NCBI GenBank assembly: GCA_951406725.2
Contig: OX597814.1
Location: 79,918,001-79,982,000, forward strand
Reading direction: 5' to 3'
Length of the DNA: 64,000 bases
Source: Octopus vulgaris
Taxonomy: Eukaryota
The stretch's first letter is position 1, and each line of letters begins with the position of its first letter. The position numbers and the translations under genes are program-made. Positions 26,986 to 41,906 of this stretch are shown piece after piece. The notes under the pieces were generated by a model. It had not been told where the DNA came from. It was given only the letters and a program-made list of their open reading frames with translations, and ran no database searches.

Positions 26986-28225
26986 TTGGGCTGGTAACTA
27001 AGTTCCCGCCATTTATTTTAATTTTAGAATTTATTGCGTTTTTAATTTCGGAATCTATTTTTTTCGAGAATTCTATTTTTGAATCATTTTGGAATCTAAC
27101 TTTTTCTTGTTAATTTTAGTTAATTTTTGTTTATTTTCAGATCGTTAAAATGGAATGTTAAGTTAAGAAAAACGAGCATTTTCGACTTCTCCTTCTTTTT
27201 GCTTTTAATCAAGGTTCTAAGGCCACAAAAGCTGCTCGCGACATTTGTGCTGTGTATGGAGAGGGTGCCATAGGTGAAAGAACCGCTCGGGATTAGTATG
27301 CCAAGTTCAAAAATGGAAATTTTGACCTCAAAGACGCACCTCGTTCTGGCCGTCCAGTTGAGTTCGATGAAGAGCGATTAAACCAACTTTTTCACGAAAA
27401 TTCTCGTCAAACGACAAGGGAACTGGCAGAGAAAATGGAATGCTCCCACAAAGCTATGGAGAAGCATCTTCACACGATGGGAAAGGTTCAGAAGTTTGGA
27501 GCATGGGTTCCGCATGCTTTAAGTGACAACAACAAAAGTCAACGAGCCATAATCTCTGCTGGTTTGCTTGCTCATCACCGCTCAACTCATGGACACAAGC
27601 AATGATTTCTTTACCGAATCGTTACTGGCAATGAAAAATGATGCCTGTACCTCAATATGAAGCAGCGTAAGGAATAGCTTAGTCTCGGTAAACAAGCGAC
27701 ACCGCGCGTGAAACAAGATCTTCATCCGCATAAAACGATGTTGTGCGTATAGTAGGACTGGGAAGGGATTATGCATTGCAAATTGTTTCAACGGAACCAA
27801 ACGGTCAACGTGGAATTCTATGTTTAAGAGGTGGATCGACTCAACACGGCTATTCAAGAAAAAGGACTTAATCGGCAGCATGGAGTTCTTCTGCTGCACG
27901 ACAACGCTCGCCCTCATATCGCCAATATGACCAAGGAAGCCATTCAAACGCATGGCTGGGAAGTGCACCAACGGATTTCCACCTCTTTCAATCTCTTTCA
28001 AATGCTATGCGCGGAGTTTCGTTCAATACTGATGTAGAATTGAGAGTTTGGCTGGATCAATTTTTCGAGTCGAAATACCAACGAGGTATTGAAAATCCTG
28101 TTGAACGTTGGGAAGTTGTAAATAACAAGGGTGAATACATTATTGATTAATTAGTTGTTATTTTTTATTAAACTTTTAAACAATTTAAATTTTTAAAAAC
28201 CGCAGGAACTTAATTGCCAACCCAA
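26986..28225 (+). mobile_element. Mariner transposon, near full length, inactive
   Basis: TIRs TTGGGCTGGTAACTAAGTTCCCGC / GCAGGAACTTAATTGCCAACCCAA with TA on both sides; encloses a transposase pseudogene. Confidence 0.93.
27150..28150 (+). pseudogene. Mariner DD34D transposase pseudogene
   Basis: MEC*VKKNEHFRLLLLFAFNQG..ARDICAVYGEGAI..FDLKDAPRSGRP..WVPHAL..IVTGNEK*..LLLHDNARPH..YIID*. Multiple stops, and the YSPDLAP segment is deleted. Confidence 0.92.
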
Positions 28226-28471
28226 TATATATATAAATATATATAATATGTTGCGGGGACACACCACCACCGGTAGTCAAGTGAGACAAACAGACAGAAA
28301 CACACTCACACATACATATGACGGGCTTCTTTCAGTTTCAGTCTACAAAATTCAATCATAAAGCTTTGGTTGGCTCGTGGCTACAGTAGAAGACACTTGC
28401 CTAAGGTGCTACGCAGTGGAACTGAACCCAGAAGCAAGCTTCTTACCACAAAGACACACCTGCGCCCATCT

Positions 28472-28559
<88 letters not shown>

Positions 28560-29087
28560 CCTTCTATCTATAAATGCTCTAATATCTACACAGACTTGGT
28601 TTTATCTTATTACGCAAAAAATTATATATATATATATATATATTGAACGTTATATGTATGTCGATCCCATTGCGTAGCCCTTCAGCAAATGTTCTTTTCT
28701 ATAAACTAGGACTGACACGTACTTTCTGAGGGACATTAGTTAGAGAAAGCCTGCGTCGAAACTAGTTGAATGGTTTGGTTTGTACTCACAATTCAAAGGT
28801 ATAGGCTTGTATTACTCAGTGTCACTTTGATTCTGCAATAGAGTTTTAGGATACACTTGTGAGTGGACCTCTCAATCACTTACACGCTAGTTCAATGAAC
28901 AAGTAAATCAATTTAGCGAACAACTCAATCCTCAGCGACGAAACCGATGGTCTAGCCATGGATATGTGGTAAGAAGCTTGTTTCATAACCACATGGCTCC
29001 GAGTTCAGTCCCTTGGGAAAGTGTCTTCTACTATAGCCTCGGGCCGACCAAGTGAGTGAATTTGGTAGACACATTGCTTTCTGTTGT

Positions 29088-29645
29088 GCTTGTTACATTT
29101 CCAGTGATTGGTGGTTCTTTTAGAGGATTTTTCACAGCAATACTAATACCTCGTATACCCTATTATAATTATAAATTAATTATAGAATTTTAGATTTGCC
29201 ATTTATCGGTTTTTTGCTTGCTGGTCACTTTTATTATTGTTGTTAATAGTTATTTTACTAATGATAATAATTAAAAGTAATACCTATATAAATATTTTCG
29301 AATATCCATCGACATCGCTTTTGAATTTGGCGCTAGCTTTTCAACGATTATCAAGCACAGCGAAACGAGAATAGTTTTTAACCCTAGGTATGTAGTGAAA
29401 ACTGCTGATGAGAATTAAGGGTGGTAAGCTCTCAAAATTCGAAATCACTTGATCCAAGGATATCTATTTCCTCATTCTTCAGCTTTCTGCCGAGATGATA
29501 AGTTAATTTCTTTGTTCGTAGCTCGATTTCGGTTGTACTTGTTACATTTCCAGTGATTGATGTTTTTCTAGAGGATTTTTCGACATTGATTTTCACAGTA
29601 ATGCTGGTACCTCGTGTACCCTATTATAGTTATAAATTAATTATA
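29088..29645 (+). repeat. PLE pseudo-LTR-like unit with ~100-bp terminal direct repeats (29088-29184, 29538-29645)
   Basis: Both ends read CTTGTTACATTTCCAGTGATTG..TAGAGGATTTTTC..TACCTCGT.TACCCTATTATA.TTATAAATTAATTATA, with a hammerhead motif between them. Confidence 0.75.
29401..29458 (+). ncRNA. Hammerhead ribozyme motif
   Basis: ACTG CTGATGA GAATT..AATTC GAAA TCA CT TGA TC CAAG: perfect core, stems II and III paired, stem I partly decayed. Confidence 0.7.
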
Positions 29646-30571
29646 TATATATAAATGAAAACGTATGGTAAACACATGATGCCGTTTATACCCTTTGTTC
29701 CCTACATTCGTTTCATCATAGTGGCTATTTGCAGCCTCTGCAGTGGGTATTCACAATTCAACTTGGCTGCAGATCCACAACGCTTCCTCAGTGGAATACA
29801 TTAATACAAATATGAATAGATTTTTACATTACAAATCAAACAGTCCGATATATATGGATGCAGGCGTAATAGATATGTGTGTGTGTGTGCGCGTGCGTGC
29901 ATTTCAACATATTGGGAAACTACACAATTAACACAGTAGACATTTCTTCAAACTGATCGTTATCATTTTATTCATATCTCTGATGTTTGTTATACTTTGA
30001 CACAAAGTCAGGTTTACATAAATAGACGTGGCGAAATAATTTTCTTCTTTTTTTCTCTTCCCGATGGAATGAAATGGAAGCTATAAACACAGGATATTTA
30101 CGCACAATGTCTCTTTCCAAATTCATTTTTACTGATGAGTTTCAACTCATCTATGAAAATTTAATATCTGGAGCGAGTTTATTAGAAATTTTAATTTCAG
30201 TATCTACCTGTATATGATGGGATGAGCACCATTTTACGACTAATTTCTATATTCTAAATACTTTCATGTAACATAAAGAAGTTTCGGGGAATATTATTTT
30301 TATATATTTAAAAGCTGCCTTTTTATATCTATATCATCTAGCTACACGTCAGAATTTATATACATACACATGCACACACATTCAAACACACAACGTGTAT
30401 ATGGCTTTTATTGATTTACGTATAACACATGTTCTTTTACTACTACTACAACAACTACTACTACTGCTGCAGAAATATATATATTAATATTGGTTATATG
30501 TATCAATATTGGCTATACATACATATATATACATATACATGTATGTATATATAAATATATGCGTATGTGTG

Positions 30572-30651
<80 letters not shown>

Positions 30652-30964
30652 TATATATATACATATATGTAGATATATGTAGATATGTTTGAATATATAT
30701 ATATATATATTATCTATTGTATATATATATATATGCGCATTTATGTAAGTATGTATGTAGCTACGCAGGTAGGTAGGTAGGAAGGGAGGTAGATAGAATG
30801 GTAGGTCGGTAGATAGTTATGTATGCTTGTATGATTGCATGTATGTATCTGTATTTAATAATGTATATGTGTATACTTCCTGCACGACTGCATGCATACA
30901 AGTGTATTTGTGTATTTGTTTTGTTCTGTGAGTTTCTGTTGTTATAAACGTTTCACAAACGCAG

Positions 30965-31171
<207 letters not shown>

Positions 31172-31890
31172 TGGACAGACAGACAGACAGACTGACAGAT
31201 AGATAGATATATAGATAGATAAAGAGAAAGAGAAAGAGATAGGCAGATAGACAGATGGATGAATAAACAGATAGATATAGATATACACATAATGTATACG
31301 TACATACATACATACATACATACATACATAACATAACATATGTAACATATAAAGTAACTAAACTCTGTTTGACAAAAATATGGGTCAATTGGAACATAAA
31401 TCTAGAAATAATGTCGTTTTCGACATCGAATATCCTATATCACATCGATTTTCATCATAAATCTGTGATTTTACAGCCAAATGCAGCATGTAATATGTAC
31501 TTACTCCATGCTTTATTTTGTAGCTGGATATATTTCTGTCGCGTCATAAGTATAACTCATTGACGGGAAATGATATTAGGGAGAGAAATAGAGACCGAAA
31601 GAGAGAAAAGTGACGATGGTGAGGAACTATGAGGAAGGTTGTGAGGGTGAAAAATGTAAACAGAGGATACGATAGGGAAAGAGAAGAACAGTAAGAAACA
31701 GAGGGAGAGAGAGAGAGAGAGAGAGAGACTGAGAGAGTGAGAGAGAGAGAGAGTGAGTGAGAGGAGTTGAAGAAGAGGAATAGAAAGGGAGAATAAGTCA
31801 TAGTATGAAAGGAAAATTTCGGAAGACAACTAAGCACACACATATTATATGCATATATATGATTACTTATGCAATCATATACCTGGAATA

Positions 31891-31955
<65 letters not shown>

Positions 31956-32189
31956 TCGGAAAGCGAGAAGGAGGGAGAAAGATGTACACATGCATGCATA
32001 TACATGTGTGCATAAGTGTACATATATATATATATATGTTTACATATACACACACACACACGCACACACGCACACACACACACACACATACATATGTATG
32101 TATGTATGTATGTACACATATACACACATATCTTTGAAGATGTGACAGTAATTGTAACTGGACTGAAATTACAGTTTTAATTAAAAGAA

Positions 32190-33705
32190 CACGAAGGTTA
32201 TACCGAAAATAATGCAAATTGATCATTGCCATTTACCTGACATAGATCATTCAAACTGCACATTTTCGTTGGTTAACTCTTCCTGTATATAACGTCACTG
32301 CTGAAGGTAGTCTCCAACACCAGCTGTGCATTGCACCGTCTCTGAACACAACTGGTGAATCTTCTATCAAAAAATTCACTTATACACTCTTCACTGCCAA
32401 TATTATTCACCTTGTCCGTGACATGAAATTGAGGGTTCCTAAGATCGTCCTTCACTGGACCGATGAAGTAAATGTTGAAGGACACCACATTTGCATTGTA
32501 TTGTGGATAGTGAACAACAAACCACCATAATTTTCCTATAGCTTACTGAGATTTTATGTATGTATGATTTTATCCTATGTTCAAACATGACCAAAATTAG
32601 GTTTTAAAACTCCCTAAAGATCACACAAAATATGAGCGTTTTGTGTGTGAAAGGAACAGTTGGACACAGCTGTTAAACATATATACTGTTAATTATATCT
32701 ATAGAAATCATTTAGAATTTTCTTCACCAAATGAGCCTGTTTATCAAATATTTCTGTTTATTTCATATAAATACAATCTCCGTTTATATACCGGCGGTTT
32801 GTGTGGTCACGCTTTGTCATGTTTTCAGATTCTTTTTCGAGCTCTTCCTTCTTGCAGTTTTTCTAAGTTTTCTTAGTATCTAAATTTACCGCTCGTGTTC
32901 ACAGTACAGCGACGTTTTAGAAAATCAAGGTGTATGATGCTCTTGTCATCCCCTAAAATCAGTCGCTATGACTTTCTATGCTGATCGCTAGCTCTTGGAA
33001 AAAAGATGTGACGCCATTTTATGGACTAAGCCATCGTTTCCAGATTGTAAAGATATCTCCATGTGTCACCTGTCAATAAATCAGAAAAAGTGTATGTGTA
33101 CATTGACTTCAAACGCCTCCGCTTGATCCAAGCAAACTTCTACCCTTCTCTCCTTCAAAACAATTGTCAACTTCCAAGCCAAGCACCTTCCGACACTAAA
33201 TATTTTCACCATCTTCAGCATTGCACTGCGCTCGGAGTCATGTTATGCAGCAAGCATGCAGAGTGTCACTCGTCTGTCCTTGCAAATCAATTCGTCCAAT
33301 CTTTGGCAATTTATGCCAGCAGTCGAGGCTGACGGTCTCTCACTGCGCGATATATTTCAATGCAGGTTTCCCCTTCTTAAAACTTTCTCATTTTATGCAC
33401 ATTACTATTATCAATGGTGTCATAACCTTGCTTACGGATATGTAGTCGTTTGAGTATGTCTGCGACTTGTACAGCTCCTTCGCTTAAAACTCTTTTACAG
33501 CCTCTTAACTTCTTCTTCGAACCCATCAGTTGGCTGCAATAAAAAACGTTTGAAGAAATGTCACTCTAAAAGAAAAAGGCACTCCACCAATATGAACAAT
33601 ATGAATGGCTTATGTAAGTTAATAAAAACATAAGCTATTTTTACGTTAATCTCGGTACAAATTGTGAATAAAAAATGTACTTATTTTAAATTCCTACTGG
33701 TGTAC
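32190..33705 (-). mobile_element. Heavily decayed mariner (irritans-like) transposon, interrupted near 32530-32790
   Basis: Minus-strand fragments: ADILKRL, RSERPSAST..RLDELICKDRRVTLCML, LKERRVEVC, LLTGDTW, IIHLDFLKRRCTVN, HDKA*PH, IGPVKDDLR..EFFDRRF. TIRs are not confidently seen and boundaries are approximate. Confidence 0.65.
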
Positions 33706-34333
33706 ACACACACACAACTCACATTCAGGCTTGTACACCCTCACAGACATGTATATAACTGCACACACATATATACATATATAATACATTTATATAATTA
33801 TACGTACGTGTATATGTGGGTGAATGTGTATGGGTACACACACACACATATATATGTATAGACGTATATTCTTATATAAATGTTATTTACATATCAATGG
33901 AATATGATTTAACACACATTAGTCACAAAACAACTACTTCGTGATTGATAAATTCAAACATGATCGTTATTTTACCACGACCAGACTATCTGTCACAATG
34001 TCCATCCAGTAGTTGTTTTCATAACATGTTTCGTGTTATATCTGGCTGATCAAGTAATAACATTAGATCTATCCCTGTCTACAGTTGAAGCTTAGTCCAG
34101 TTATTTTTAATCTTTATTAGACAATATAAAGCATTTGGTCAAAAGGGCAAATAAAAACATGTTCTGTGGAGGAAGCCAACAGTAAGCAATGTAATTTTCA
34201 CCAGATTGTTATAGAAATATAAAAACAAAATAATCGAAAAGCTAGTATGTGACTGCGAAGCAGCACTGATGAAATATACACCAATTCGCACACTTGTGAT
34301 GCAGTTGCACATACAAGTGTATGTGTGTGTGCG

Positions 34334-34365
<32 letters not shown>

Positions 34366-34569
34366 TGTATGTATGTATGTATGTATGTATGAATGTATGC
34401 ATGTATGTATGTATGTATGTATGTATGTATGTATCTATCTATCTATATATATATATATATATATATATAGATAGATAGATAGATAGGTAGATAGATGTAC
34501 ACATATATATATATACTATATACATATATGTATATAGTATATATATATATGTATGTGTGTATGTGTATA

Positions 34570-34631
<62 letters not shown>

Positions 34632-34659
34632 TATATGTTTGTGTGTATAATCCTAAGAG

Positions 34660-36353
34660 CACCACACTTCAATCTTAAGGACCATAACCAGACTCTTTAA
34701 CCAAACCCTCTATTAGACGCATCTGCCCCATCAAACTGGATTTAGGACGAATATGCAAAAATATACTAGATAGAAACATACCTTCTATTAGAGTGAAGCT
34801 AAGCGTAAACTTATGGTCCTGCACATGCGAGATCATCACCTGGTTCTAGCAGCTTCAAAACAAAAGCACCTCCTCATTCCTACAATTTGACATCAACAAT
34901 TAATACGCCTCCATATCACCAATCCTCCCTGACATTAGCTATAAACCTAACCAACATAACCTCCTTAGAAAATGATGTTATTCTATTTGCCAGGCAGACC
35001 CTCATATCCTTCTATAATAAGCTTTAGTCCTGTGCTAACCTCAATACGAACAGAAACAACTTCTTTGATATAACCATGGGCTTATCCAACTCCGCTCAGG
35101 TGACGGATCTAGTCGGACTGTTCCTCCACACGCAATTCCCCCACATCAAAGGTGGTTTATATACAGATGATGCATTGTTAATTGCAACAAGCCGCACAAA
35201 ATTAGCATTAGAAAAAACTAGAAAACTCAAGCATAAATTCTTCGCGAGCTTCAACCTATCTATTCCTTTTGAAAACTGTTACCAGACAGCAAATTTTCTA
35301 GATGTTAGATTACATCTAAATTCTTCATTCTATTTCCTATATCATAAACCCAATCAATACCTGAAGTACATCAACACTGAATCAAGCCACCATAAATCTA
35401 CCTTCAAGAGTACAATCGAAGGCATATCCATCAGAATATCCAATCTATCCGCCACTGAGGAAATTTTCAATAACTACGCCAATTACTACATCCAAGCTCT
35501 AGCTGCTGTTGGTTTCTCCCAGATTAGATTTATACCCAGCACTAGACGTAAAGAATACAACCCTAAGCAAGCACGCGCACATATTGGATATCCAAACCCT
35601 CCCGCTATGGTTAGATAATCTCGCCCATCTAGCACCCACACGCATAACAAACCATTTAACTTTCCAATCTTCCTCTAACATACACTAGGAATCACACCTC
35701 CCCAAATTTGCCTAATAAAAGCGGCGGGAGATCTATTCTCTGGTATACACCTCCATTCGCTTTAAACGTAAAGGGCCTCGCTAAAGCATTCTTTAAAATA
35801 GTACACTCGAATTTCCCACGTAAATACAAGTATCTTTCTATCTTTAACAGATCCAATTTGAAATTATTTTATTCCTCTACACCAAATATATTATCATATC
35901 ATCTAACAAACGCAAACTTAGCTCTTACTGTCGAAATGCATACAACCCTACAATAGACCTAACAACGAAAACACTAACACGCTCGTAATAACATATCCAA
36001 TACCCCTGGCCCTACCGCTTTAAATAACTTAAATATTCATAATATAATCCCTACCTTGAGTGTAACGAGCGCATAGCTGAAACCGATGCAAGCACTAATA
36101 GGCATACTGATACTAACAATACTATATTATAACTACTACAACTAATAATACCTATACTACAACTACTAATAAGGCTCGCAATAATATTAATACTGGCACC
36201 AACGGCAATATTACTATTACTGAAAATATATTATTGCTAACACTCCTACCACAAACACTACTACTAATAGTTTCAATAATAACATCACTAAAACCACTTC
36301 CACTATCACTGCTGATACTAACATTACTACTAATACTACTACCACTGCTGCTG

Positions 36354-36389
<36 letters not shown>

Positions 36390-37205
36390 GTAGTAGTAGT
36401 AGTAGTAGTAGTAATGCCGATAATAATAATAATGGTAACGGTGGTGTTGATATTGACAGTAGAAATGACGGCAATGATAACAGCAATATCACGAGCGTTT
36501 CACCTAATACTACCCTAACCTTTAGCTTGTGCACTAATAGCACTACCTCATCTCTCTCTCCAACTAACCATCGTAGAACTGATAGCTGCAACTGCAGATC
36601 TGGGACAGACTGCCTGCTGGAAGCCCATTGTAGAAGATTCAACGTCATATACCAATGCACCGTACACAACATAGAAAATAACTCCAATAGCTACTACACT
36701 GGATCTACCACAAATTCTAAGCAAACATTTTATGCACATTTAAACTAGTTTAAATATAATGAGAATAGCAATTCAACATCACTAGCCAGCCATGTACACC
36801 ATCAAATTAATAGAAAAATACAATATAGTCTTTCCTGGGCTAATTAGATTCTGGTATCCCATTTCAGGGCCAGCGCTCCACTTCTGGACTCTGCCTAAAA
36901 GAAGCCCTCAAAATTTTAACCCATAATTCACCACAGTTGCTTAACAAACACAACAAAGTCTTCACAACGCTGTAAGTCTGAATTTTTCAAATAATAATAA
37001 CGTGTATGACTTGAGGTGTTTATCTTGCTTTAACCTTTGTTGTCCTCTTTAACAATTATATATCCGCTATATCGGTAAACTGCAATGGCTCCATAACTAC
37101 CGTCTCGTCGATAACCTTGGAGCCCTGGTAATCTGTTACAACACTTACCTAGCGTACCTAGTCGTTTGGATCACCTCTGAACTAAACCTCCATACTTTGT
37201 GTGTG
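34660..37205 (+). mobile_element. Penelope-like element (Naiad-type), decayed RT, linker, GIY-YIG and terminal repeat
   Basis: FLQFDINN*YASISP, FDITMG..AQVTDLVGLF, GLYTDDAL, NFLDVRL..YHKPN..YINTESSH, WYTPPFALNV..IFNRSNLKLFYSSTPNI, CNCRSGTDCLLEAHC..VIYQCTV..YYTGSTTN..STSLASH. The 3' non-coding end (36968-37205) matches 53845-54070 inverted. Confidence 0.9.
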
Positions 37206-38361
37206 TGTATATATATATATACATACACTCATACATATACAAACATATACATGTACACATATATATGTATGTATATATGTATGAATGTATGTATGTATGT
37301 ATGTATGTATGTATGTATGTATGTATGTATGTATGTATGTATTATGTATGTATGTATCATACATGCTTCTTGGTCCCATGGCAACTGACTGAGAATTTAT
37401 CGGGAACTAAACAAGACAAATGTAGCAGCCTTTACGTGGTCGCTCGACCAGTATAAATAACAAGTATCTCCCCTCAAATCACACATGCTGTATTAGAAAG
37501 AGGAAATAAAAAGTACATTGAAGTTGACGGTTAGTCTCTGTCTGAAAGAAAGAAAAACAAAATAGGATTGTCACGGCTGGAACACATTATGATCGTAGTT
37601 CTGCTCGATCAAACCTGACCTCCGGCTCGAAATCAGCAGCAATAATAACTTGATTCAATGAAAAATGAGAATGTTTTTGCTGTGATTGACCGAGACAATG
37701 GAGTAACATTAATGCATAAAACTTGCCCCCATTGGTGTATTGTTATGGCAGGAACAGATATTTTTCATTTAGTTGTACTTTTTTAATTTTGACACCTTTG
37801 ACCCTGAATGTGAGAGACATTTTGACTAGCCTCAATCATCCAGGGAAAAAAAATCAAATCTGCCAATATTAAATTATTCCTCTCTTGACTTGAAATTAAG
37901 TATTTTTGCTTTGTTTTGCGTAATAGTTTGTTTGCATTTTTTTTTGCTCATATATTATCTTAAATTGCCAAATAGAATTCGTTGTTGAATTTTTCAATCT
38001 TTATATTGATTTATTGTTTTTCAACAATTAAACCTGCTTACACAATTGTTGAGTAGTTACGTGTCAAATGGATATTATTCGTGATTTCATAACTGACATT
38101 TGCTCCTGTAATACAACTTTCTTTCTCTAATTTTTGCTTTAACATAATTACAAATATTAGTTGCCTTGACTTGATTTTTGTAAGAGTGTATGTTTTTTTC
38201 CCCCTTTTAATGAGTTTGCATTTCAGAAGTGGCTTGTAGTATTTTGTTTCATACATTTGAGCTTTTAATTTTGAAAACCACCGATATCGAATTTGCATGT
38301 TTGGTATCGATAAAAAATAAATCTGTCAAGTCCTGGATCCCTGTAACTAACAAAACACATT

Positions 38362-38411
<50 letters not shown>

Positions 38412-38610
38412 GCTCGACAAAGGAACAGAAAAGAAAATTCACACACAAGACATAGATGTGCACTTTTCTCGTCAGTTATCGTCCAAAAATCATTATAATT
38501 TCACGCCTTTAAATATAATATTATTCATTTCTGGTGGCGTCAACAGCAAAAAGCGTTGTTGGGAATTGTGAGCGAACGTTGAGAGCAGTATCAAAAATAA
38601 ACGCAGCATA

Positions 38611-38672
<62 letters not shown>

Positions 38673-39540
38673 GCACATACACTTACACACATATCTGAGC
38701 CAACTACATGGATTTAGCGAGATGCTTGTTACTTTATTCAATTTAACTCATGGACACAACCAACAGGTCAAGACAGCCCTAAATTCGGATGTGACTTTTA
38801 CCTTTCATAGCTATTGTTCTGTTATATGACATATCCACTGGTGAAAAGCTTTGGGGTGATCTTCTCGCTCAGCTGTCATATGACCTTAAAACATGAACGT
38901 TGTGGAAAACTGACCCGAAATTCCTTTACCTCACCAGTTGACAATCCTTCAATCAATCTGTCTCTAAATTGGTAGCGAACTGAGCCACAATCTCTCAATG
39001 AAAAACAAACAATTTTATAACAACAGTTATAAAAGACAGTTTACGACAGAGCTCCACATAACATACTTTTGACAATCAAATGTGAAACCGGTCAAATGTG
39101 CGCATACACACTCACACGCACGCATACACATCTATATATAAATATCATATTTAAACAAATCTACATATATTCTCTGTACATTTTCAAATTTATTTCTTCT
39201 GTACTACTAATTGTTTGGATTAGTAACGATTTATGTATGTATGTATGTATGTATGTATGTATGTATGTATGTATGTATGTATGTATGTATGTATGTATGT
39301 ATGCATGCATGCATGCATGCATGTATGTATGTATGTATGTATTTCATTATTCAGTTATATTTCAAGATTTCTTGTCAACAGAGAAAGAACCGGTTTCTAA
39401 CCTAGATCTAAGGCTCCTTCATTGGAATTTTAAGCAACATCAACAGGGTATTTTTATATGTATGTAAGTATGTATGTATGTATGTATGTATGTATGTCTG
39501 TCTGTATGTATGTATGTATGTATGTATGCATGTATGTATG

Positions 39541-39571
<31 letters not shown>

Positions 39572-39808
39572 TTATCTATCTATATATATCTATTTATCTA
39601 CACATGCAGCTATGTATGTTTTGTTTTATGTATGTATCCTCATGTATATTGTTGCATATCTAGACATGCTCATATATACTTAAATGATAAACTTCTGGAA
39701 AGTTTTACAGACTTTTACAGTTCCAGCGATGGATTGTATCTGCAGTTTTTGAATCAGTTTTCTCCTTTCTAGTTTTGAGAAGCTTAATGTCTCAAGATTG
39801 TATGTATG

Positions 39809-39842
<34 letters not shown>

Positions 39843-39876
39843 TGTATGTATGTATGTATGTATGTATGTATGTATG

Positions 39877-39908
<32 letters not shown>

Positions 39909-39914
39909 GTCACA

Positions 39915-40240
39915 AGGCTCGGTGGTTAGAGCGTCGAGCTTACGATCATGAGGTTGTGAGTTCGAATCCCGGACTAAGCAGCATGTTCTGTTCTTGAACA
40001 AGACATTTTATTTCACGTTGCTCTAGTTCACTCAGCTGCAGAAATGAGTTGCGACGTCACAGGTGCCAAGCTGTATCGGCCTTTGCATTTCACTTGGATA
40101 ACACTGGTGGTGTGGAGATGGGCGGCCGGTATGCATCGGCGACTGCTGGTCTTCCATAAACAACCTTGCCCGGACATTTGCCTGGGAGGGTAACTTTCTA
40201 GGTGCAATCCCATGGTCAGTCATGACAGAAAGGGGTCTCA
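39915..40240 (+). mobile_element. tRNA-derived SINE, family D
   Basis: GGCTCGGTGGTTAGAGCGTCG..GAGTTCGAATCCCGG (A and B boxes), followed by TCTTGAACAAGACATTTTATTTCACGTTGCTCTAGTTCACTCAGCTG; inserted in (TATG)n. Confidence 0.75.
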
Positions 40241-40874
40241 GCAATGTATGTATATGTGTATGTATGTATGTATGTATGTATGTATGTATGTATGTATGTA
40301 TGTATGTATGTATACATACTTGTTAGTTTGTCTGTCTGTACGCATCAGTAAAGTAACTACCATGTAAGAAATGAATTACCCCAGACTTAGTTAGATTGTT
40401 CGAACCCCAATGAGATATCTTATGAGATGTCATATCAAACTGTTATGTTCCAAGATCAATTTTCGCCTAGATTCCAATGAACAAAGCTAATCATCTGATC
40501 ATATGAGCACTCCCATTCAGCCTGCAAATGGCAACAAATGACGTGCTTGGCTAAAAGCAGCATGGTTAAGCTAACACTAGCCCAACTAAACAGCGTATTA
40601 TGCCTGTAATGTGATGAGCCACGGAATCTCCAGAGCACGTAGAAATTATCACATAGTGTTCAGTTAAATATATTTTAGGTTCTTAGTGAAAATTTTTCTA
40701 GGGCCAAATCTAATTTTGTTTCTTCTGTGTATAATTAAGTTCTGAGACTGATATTATCACTTATACTCTCCCATGAAATTTTATAACCTCAAGTCAACGA
40801 GTGACTCTTTATGTTGTATAGTGCGCTAGAAATTACAGCCTAATTCTTCTCATATCAGACCCCGTCGTCTAAAG

Positions 40875-41186
40875 GAGGGATTGTCAACCATTTTTCCATC
40901 TATGGATCCCTTTGTTTGATATTTCATTCTAGTGGAGCCCCATAGCCATTCTATTAAACTAGTTAAACAGAAACTTCTTTTAGAATTCCTATTTTGTTTC
41001 TCACATATTAACTTGTGTAGGTTGAACAATCTAAAATGTTAGAGAAAAAAACCTAACTGTTTCTTGCAATATATACCAATACACATCTAAAGCAAAATTT
41101 TCGTGGACCCCAATTTACTGTTTTCTCGCGTGGACCCCCCCCCCCCCAAAAAAAAAACTTATATGGACCCTGTCTGAGAACCATTG
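40875..41186. mobile_element. hAT (Charlie-like) MITE with perfect 8-bp target-site duplication
   Basis: TSD GTCTAAAG at 40867-40874 and 41187-41194; degenerate TIRs GAGGGATTGTCAACC / GTCTGAGAACCATTG. Confidence 0.8.
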
Positions 41187-41862
41187 GTCTAAAGTAAGAA
41201 CGGATATACTCTGGATAATGTTGTCCTAGATACATTGTCCAAACAAGATTGATGGTCACCAACAGCATGATTTTAATCATTCGCTTGCTCAGTCATAATT
41301 AACCTTGCAATACACAATAGCATAAACTACTGTGCAGTTCTTATGATTATATGTGAAATCATTATTTTGTGCGTGAAAAATATGAGGGGGGAATGGCAGA
41401 AGCAGTAAAGTACCGGGGAAATGCCTTGTATTAATTAATTCTGAGTTCAAATTGCGCTGTGGTTGATTTCCCCTTTCATCTCTCTAGGATCGATAAAATA
41501 AGTAGAAGTAATATATTCGAATCGATACAATTGACCAATATACCTTCCTATAAATTTGTGATTATGAGCAAGAGTAATAAATCGTTGTTTTATGTATTTG
41601 CATGACGAACGCAACAATGGAGAATTAAATCATAGGAAATTCGTGTTTGCGAAGTAGTTTCTATCCCAACAGTGGTGGCTGCATGCCATTGACGTCGTCA
41701 ATCTTCTTGTAAAAGTAGGAGGATAATATTGTATTTACATTTGCTTCAAATACTTTGGTATTTCCTTTAAAAAAATCCAATTTTATGAAGCTCTCATTGC
41801 TGATCCCATACTCCCCTGTTCTATCTTTTTCTTTTGCCCTATCTCACTCCTATCTCTCTATA

Positions 41863-41906
<44 letters not shown>

